Virus record (IMG/VR): IMGVR_UViG_3300025446_000005
Source of the DNA: an uncultured virus (IMG/VR IMGVR_UViG_3300025446_000005)
Taxonomy: Duplodnaviria; Heunggongvirae; Uroviricota; Caudoviricetes
Direction: 5' to 3' (one strand)
Length of the DNA stretch: 64,000 bases
This document shows positions 59,765 through 64,000 of this stretch, in pieces. Under the pieces are notes generated by a model that searched no databases, had not been told where the DNA came from, and saw only the letters and a program-made list of their open reading frames with translations. The translations under genes and the position numbers were made by a program. Position 1 is the stretch's first letter; the number at the start of each line of letters is the position of its first letter.

Positions 59765-60177
59765 TTCTGGTTCTCCTTTTGATTTGTGGCTATTTGCGAC
59801 CCTTGGTCGATCTGGTTTTCCGGGCTACCGGAACCCCCGGCCTTCTCCAGCCTGCGGAGCCTTCCGAGGGTCACGAACCTGACCTTGCGTTTCTTGCCGG
59901 TGTGCTTGGTCTCCCCCGTGAGGGGAATCCTCCTGAGGCCCGCTGGCCGGTGACGCACCGTCAGTTTCCCGAACTTGAACAGCTTGATCGCGAACCTGTC
60001 GACGTCCAGGTTCTCCGCCAGGGTGGCTTCGAGGGCCGCCAACACCCCCCTGACCATCTCCTCCGCCTCCTTCTTGCAGAGGCGGGGGAAGGCCTGCCTG
60101 ACCTTCCCCATGAACATCTCAAGGCCTATCCGCGAGCTGGCCATCCAAGGCTTCCTTTCGTTTCTTTCGGCTACCAA
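59761..60177 (-). CDS. HU/IHF-family DNA-binding protein
   Basis: KKEAEEMV...IKLFKFGKLTVRHRPA..RRIPLTGE......RKVRF. Confidence 0.8.
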   Translation of the reverse strand: MVAERNERKPWMASSRIGLEMFMGKVRQAFPRLCKKEAEEMVRGVLAALEATLAENLDVDRFAIKLFKFGKLTVRHRPAGLRRIPLTGETKHTGKKRKVRFVTLGRLRRLEKAGGSGSPENQIDQGSQIATNQKENQK

Positions 60178-60203
60178 CGCCGAACGGGCACATCACCCAT
60201 GGG

Positions 60204-60213
60204 GACAATACCG
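60204..60213 (-). promoter_or_regulatory. CGGTATTGTC motif upstream of the HU-like gene
   Basis: Identical to the copies at 42416 and 57890; intergenic. Confidence 0.45.
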
Positions 60214-60226
60214 AAAAACGGGCAAG

Positions 60227-61003
60227 TCATCTCTGCCATATGGCGGAGACGCGCAGGGCGGCCAAATGGGGGTCCCCCCTCCTCATCCTCCAGGCGGAGA
60301 TTTCGCGGACGGTGTCATGGACCTTAGACGGGTCGAGCGAGAGGCCCTTGAGGTACTTCAGCCTCGACGGGGAGACGGACAGCCCGGCCTTCCTCAGGGA
60401 TTCCTCCTCGCCGGAGAGCACGAAGGCGTACGCCGAGAGGTCCTTGAACAGGGCATGGAGGCGGTACGCTGGGTCGACGCCGGGGGGAATCCACCTTATA
60501 CTATCCTCCCATGGCCCGGGCCAACGCCTGTACGGGGCGGGCACGGGCCCCAGGAGGAGCCATACGGCGTTCCATATGGCCACGCGCACGTCGTCGACGT
60601 CCTCGAATGCGAGGGCGTCCGCACACCGCCGCATCACCTCCCGGTCGACGCCCTCTTTGCCCAGGAGGAGCGCCGCGTGCTTGACCAGCGCCAGCGCCGC
60701 CGCCGACCCCTTCCTGACGGGGCCTATCGACCAGAAGGCGGCCTTCTCCCTGACGGAGGCCGACAGGTCCACCACCCTGGCCGCGGTTATGCACAGGAGG
60801 CACGGCTCCCCCGTGAGGAGGGTGGAGTCGTCCACCGCCTCGGCGAACCGGCACTTGAGGCCGAGGGCCTGCTCGGCGAACCTTATCTGCGCGGGGTCGC
60901 TGCCGACCAGGACGTTGTACTTCTTGGGGTTCTTGCGGGACAGGAGATGGAAGACGGGGGGGAAGTCGGATGCCGTTATGCCGGGCCGGTGCGGTGCGTC
61001 CAC
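60227..61003 (-). CDS. hypothetical protein, possibly a clamp-loader delta (HolA)-like subunit
   Basis: YNVLVGSDPAQI weakly recalls the HolA N-terminus; helical C-terminal part. Confidence 0.3.
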   Translation of the reverse strand: MDAPHRPGITASDFPPVFHLLSRKNPKKYNVLVGSDPAQIRFAEQALGLKCRFAEAVDDSTLLTGEPCLLCITAARVVDLSASVREKAAFWSIGPVRKGSAAALALVKHAALLLGKEGVDREVMRRCADALAFEDVDDVRVAIWNAVWLLLGPVPAPYRRWPGPWEDSIRWIPPGVDPAYRLHALFKDLSAYAFVLSGEEESLRKAGLSVSPSRLKYLKGLSLDPSKVHDTVREISAWRMRRGDPHLAALRVSAIWQR

Positions 61004-61022
61004 ACGGGCTTAATACTGTGCT

Positions 61023-61760
61023 TTAGGTTCTGATTGTTAAAATACGAGTGGCGATTGTCGTGCCCGACTCTTTGAACGTTCCTGGCGGAACGTCCTCGAC
61101 TGTAAAGTCGGCATCCGGGAACAAGACGGCCAAGTCTTGGTCTGAGTGGGGCATTATGATGCTGACCAGGGTGCCCTTTGGTCGGAGCCAGCCAAGAGCG
61201 TGCCTCACATGTCGGATGTCTTGCCCTCTTGTAAATGGGGGGTTCATGACTATCCGATCAAACTTATCATCATCCGAGGCGGGCAAAGGCAAAGCGAGGA
61301 AGTCTGCGACGACGACGTCAAGGCATTTTTCAATCGCTCGGGCGGCAAATTCGGGATTGACCTCGATGCACTGGACGGATACGGCTCCTTCCTGCATGCA
61401 CGCATCCGCAAGGGTACCTTCGCCGCAGGACGGCTCCAATACGGAACATCCGCACACGCTTGCCATCCTTGCCACTCTCTGCGCCAGCTTCTCGGGGGTA
61501 AAGAACGCCTGGAAAAGCTTCTTTTCGTCTATGGAAACCCCAGTCTCCAAGGCGAGGCCCAGCTTGACAAGAGGGCTGCCCTGAAAGACGTGCGTCCTCG
61601 TCTGGCGGCTCCATTTGCCGCCAGCATTCACGAGGACCTTGTTCACTTGTTCGTAAAGCTTCCGCTCCAATTGCCCCGCGGGCAACGCTAGCTGGTTTCC
61701 AGATACGGTGGAACGCCGGAGCACGTCCTCGACTTCTGGCGAAATTTTGGCGTTGGACAT
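61023..61760 (-). CDS. N6-adenine-type methyltransferase
   Basis: QAFFTP, VLEPSCGEG, IEVN, DFL, IVMNPPF. Confidence 0.8.
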   Translation of the reverse strand: MSNAKISPEVEDVLRRSTVSGNQLALPAGQLERKLYEQVNKVLVNAGGKWSRQTRTHVFQGSPLVKLGLALETGVSIDEKKLFQAFFTPEKLAQRVARMASVCGCSVLEPSCGEGTLADACMQEGAVSVQCIEVNPEFAARAIEKCLDVVVADFLALPLPASDDDKFDRIVMNPPFTRGQDIRHVRHALGWLRPKGTLVSIIMPHSDQDLAVLFPDADFTVEDVPPGTFKESGTTIATRILTIRT

Positions 61761-61770
61761 AGCATCTCCT

Positions 61771-62091
61771 CTAGCTCAATTCGGTATACGCTGCGGTCAA
61801 AATCTTGAACTGCTCGGTCGCTTCCTCCAGGGTCATGCGGTTGATGATGATGCGGTCGGGATGGCACGCCATGCTCAGGCGGCGGTAGGCGCTCCTGATT
61901 TCGGCCTTGCTGGCGTTGGCCCCGACACCCAGGATTTCCCGGGCGGTGCGCCTCTGCCCGTGCAGGATTTCCTTCGCCTCGTCCTTGCTCATCCGCTTGC
62001 GGAACGCCGAGCGCCACTGGGCGGGGCTGCCGTAGCCCTCCGCCTCGGGGTCGTAGGTCTTGTAGTTTCCGCCGAAGGGCCGCTTGCTCAT
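61771..62091 (-). CDS. J-domain (DnaJ-like) protein
   Basis: ILGV..NAS.AEIRSAYRRL...CHPDR...FKILTAAY. Confidence 0.85.
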   Translation of the reverse strand: MSKRPFGGNYKTYDPEAEGYGSPAQWRSAFRKRMSKDEAKEILHGQRRTAREILGVGANASKAEIRSAYRRLSMACHPDRIIINRMTLEEATEQFKILTAAYTELS

Positions 62092-62327
62092 TGCGCCGCC
62101 TTTTTGTGGGGCTCGATTTGATAGCGGGTACGGATGACCGTCCCAAAATCGGAGAGACGGCCCGTGTATTTCCTGCCTGCGGTCAACAGGGCCTTGTCCA
62201 CTCCCGTCCCCTTAAAGATTTCCAGCACGACACAGACATGCCAACGGCCGTCCTCGCCGCGTGCCCGCACCTTGTCGCCTTCCTTGACGGTGGTGCCGTC
62301 CGGCAATGTCATGATTCGGTTGCTCAT
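62088..62327 (-). CDS. small beta-barrel-like hypothetical protein
   Basis: VKEGDKVRARGEDGRWH; ATGA overlaps on both sides. Confidence 0.55.
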   Translation of the reverse strand: MSNRIMTLPDGTTVKEGDKVRARGEDGRWHVCVVLEIFKGTGVDKALLTAGRKYTGRLSDFGTVIRTRYQIEPHKKAAQ

Positions 62328-62584
62328 TTCAGCAAGGCCTCGAAGGGCTTCATGTCGGCAGGAATGCTAAGGGCTGCCAAATGCTTGCAGTGGCGGTAGC
62401 GAATCCAACCCATGCAGGAGCATCCCCAATGGCGGCCAGCCTTGTTCTGCGACACGACGTAGACCCGGTTGGAGCTTTCGGACCTGATCTCGAAGCGGTT
62501 CGTCCATTGGGCGTTGTCGGCGAGCTTGATGGTCCCTGGCGGGGTGTAGATGACGATCTGCTGTTTTGCTGCGGCTGCTGGCAT
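62324..62584 (-). CDS. SWIM-type Zn-finger protein
   Basis: SESSNRVYVV....WGCSCMGW....CKHL. Confidence 0.7.
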   Translation of the reverse strand: MPAAAAKQQIVIYTPPGTIKLADNAQWTNRFEIRSESSNRVYVVSQNKAGRHWGCSCMGWIRYRHCKHLAALSIPADMKPFEALLK

Positions 62585-62585
62585 G

Positions 62586-62882
62586 CTATTTCCCTCCTAG
62601 ATTCGACCAAAAATTCCTGGCGGCCTTGACGACCGCTGTGCGCAATCCCGGCACCTCGTCGATGCGGATGCGGTTTCGCCCGCGAGGGCCAGCCAGTTGG
62701 ACTGTGATTATTTGCGACGTTCCGACCATGCGGCGCACCGCCCTGACGCTGGCGTATACCGAACCGGACGAATACCCCGAGACTTCCACGCCGAAGTACA
62801 GGACGTCCAGCCCGGGGAATCGGTCGTCGGGCTGGACCATATTGAGCGCCTCAAGCTTCAATCCTTTGTTCCATTTTTCCAT
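62586..62882 (-). CDS. hypothetical protein
   Basis: MEKWNKGLK..., preceded by GTATAAT and a purine-rich RBS. Confidence 0.55.
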   Translation of the reverse strand: MEKWNKGLKLEALNMVQPDDRFPGLDVLYFGVEVSGYSSGSVYASVRAVRRMVGTSQIITVQLAGPRGRNRIRIDEVPGLRTAVVKAARNFWSNLGGK

Positions 62883-62902
62883 GCTTGGTTTCCCTTCATC
62901 TA

Positions 62903-62912
62903 CATTATACAC
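62903..62912 (-). promoter_or_regulatory. candidate -10 element (GTGTATAAT) heading the 61.0-62.9 kb gene block
   Basis: Minus strand reads cccggtgTATAATgtagatgaaggga in an AT-rich intergenic gap. Confidence 0.5.
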
Positions 62913-62949
62913 CGGGATACACAAATTTTTCGGGGATTCTTCGGGCGGT

Positions 62950-63684
62950 CTAAGCCACTAAGAGCTTTGGTCTTACTGACTGAAACTTCTTATGGGCGGA
63001 AGTAAGCTCGATGAGGAACAGGTCGGCGTCGATCATGTGGAGGAGGACGCGCCTCCCCAAGTCCGTGATGGCGAACCCCTGCGGGGCCCCGGCGACCAGC
63101 CCGTATTGCGCGCCGATCAGCAGGAGGTTCTCCGCCAGTTGGTAGATCATTTTCCTGGAGACCGCCTTCGCCTTGTCACCCTCGACCTCCACCCCATCCT
63201 CGTCCGTGAACTTCAGCCTTATCGCCTCCTCCAGGGGCTCGATGAGGTACTCATGGACGGGGTCGTTGAGCTCCTTGAGGACCAGGATCAGGGCGGCCCT
63301 CACGAACGGGGCGAGGGGCTGCATGATCGTCTTGACGGGGTCGACCATGAACACCTTCACCATGACAGCCACCCCGAAGGTGGCACCCCACTTGGTCGCC
63401 CCGATGAGGGAGGGATGGAAGGAAAACTCCGACATGGTCGGGTACTTGGCGTATTTCTCCAGGAGCTCCCTCTGCCCCAGGACCAGCCTCTTGATCTCCT
63501 CCGGCCCGGAAAGCTTGCCGGTGGCGAGCTGCTTGGCCGTGACCAGGGCCATCATCTCCCTCCTGACCTCCTGGGCGATGACCTTCTGGGCGAACAGGAC
63601 CTTCTTGAGGTCGTCCATCGTGCCGAGGCGGACGAGCGGCCTCGGCACGACGTCTTCCCTGCCTGCGGGCTCCTTGACCATCAT
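62950..63684 (-). CDS. hypothetical helical protein with a possible winged-helix C-terminus
   Basis: AAGGAGG before MMVKEPA; YGLV......FAITDLGRRVL. Confidence 0.6.
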   Translation of the reverse strand: MMVKEPAGREDVVPRPLVRLGTMDDLKKVLFAQKVIAQEVRREMMALVTAKQLATGKLSGPEEIKRLVLGQRELLEKYAKYPTMSEFSFHPSLIGATKWGATFGVAVMVKVFMVDPVKTIMQPLAPFVRAALILVLKELNDPVHEYLIEPLEEAIRLKFTDEDGVEVEGDKAKAVSRKMIYQLAENLLLIGAQYGLVAGAPQGFAITDLGRRVLLHMIDADLFLIELTSAHKKFQSVRPKLLVA

Positions 63685-63807
63685 GCCTCCTTGGCAGGCC
63701 CCCTGCGATGCTTCCTCCGGTGCGCCGCGAACTTCCAGGATTTCCTCGTCCTGTAGCCGCACGGGCACGCATACTTGTACTTGGGCTTCATCCTTCCTCC
63801 TCTTGGG

Positions 63808-64000
63808 CTATGCCGTGGCCAGCAGCCTTTCCGGTGCCCGGAAGACCCTGATGGCCCCCTGCGGGGGCCTGAACGGGACGGGCTTCCCGAAGCGCCTCGG
63901 GCTCCCCATGATGGCCACGTACGCCTGCCCCGTGCTGCCGTACAGGTTCGGGTCGTCGTCGAAGTAGCTCTGCGGCAGCTCCTCGACCGGCATCACGTCC
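63808..64000 (-). CDS. hypothetical protein, 5'-truncated by the window edge
   Basis: Frame is open to the window end. Confidence 0.4.
   Translation of the reverse strand, partial: DVMPVEELPQSYFDDDPNLYGSTGQAYVAIMGSPRRFGKPVPFRPPQGAIRVFRAPERLLATA

Noticed and set aside
1..64000. Genome-wide TAG reassignment (genetic code 15), suggested by the 27840 amber codon
   Set aside because: Several genes end naturally at TAG (SSB-like, recA, InPase), and the 5842-codon and 1192-codon genes contain no internal TAG.

Overview
GC-rich, gene-dense window that reads as part of a large (probably jumbo) tailed-phage genome. It encodes a CCA-adding-type nucleotidyltransferase, a probable portal, an Ig/FN3-rich virion protein and a replication/recombination set: family A DNA polymerase, RecA, RuvC-like, SSB-like, HU-like, a DnaX-type clamp loader, a possible beta clamp, and primase and SbcC/Rad50 each split into two distant genes. 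The outstanding feature is a single 17.5-kb minus-strand ORF (2698-20226, 5842 aa). It is a string of roughly 33-35 discrete modules: about 20 ADP-ribosyltransferase-like domains, 2 GNAT, 2 ParB/Srx-like, a GIY-YIG, three peptidase-like modules and a thrice-repeated unknown domain. Almost every module boundary carries a short K-x-A(A) and/or [VIM]-T-A-S motif, and similar motifs occur in the portal and neighbouring proteins. I infer a virion-packaged, proteolytically processed effector polyprotein that is still gaining cassettes, since two AT-richer modules are bounded by ~29-bp direct repeats. Just upstream are a stand-alone JAB/MPN peptidase and an InPase-domain gene. Other oddities are a C5 methyltransferase with motif IX in an overlapping +1 frame and an in-frame TAG in the middle of a conserved domain at 27840. 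No tRNA, rRNA or CRISPR array was recognised. All calls come from motif reading by eye; no searches were run, and module coordinates are approximate.
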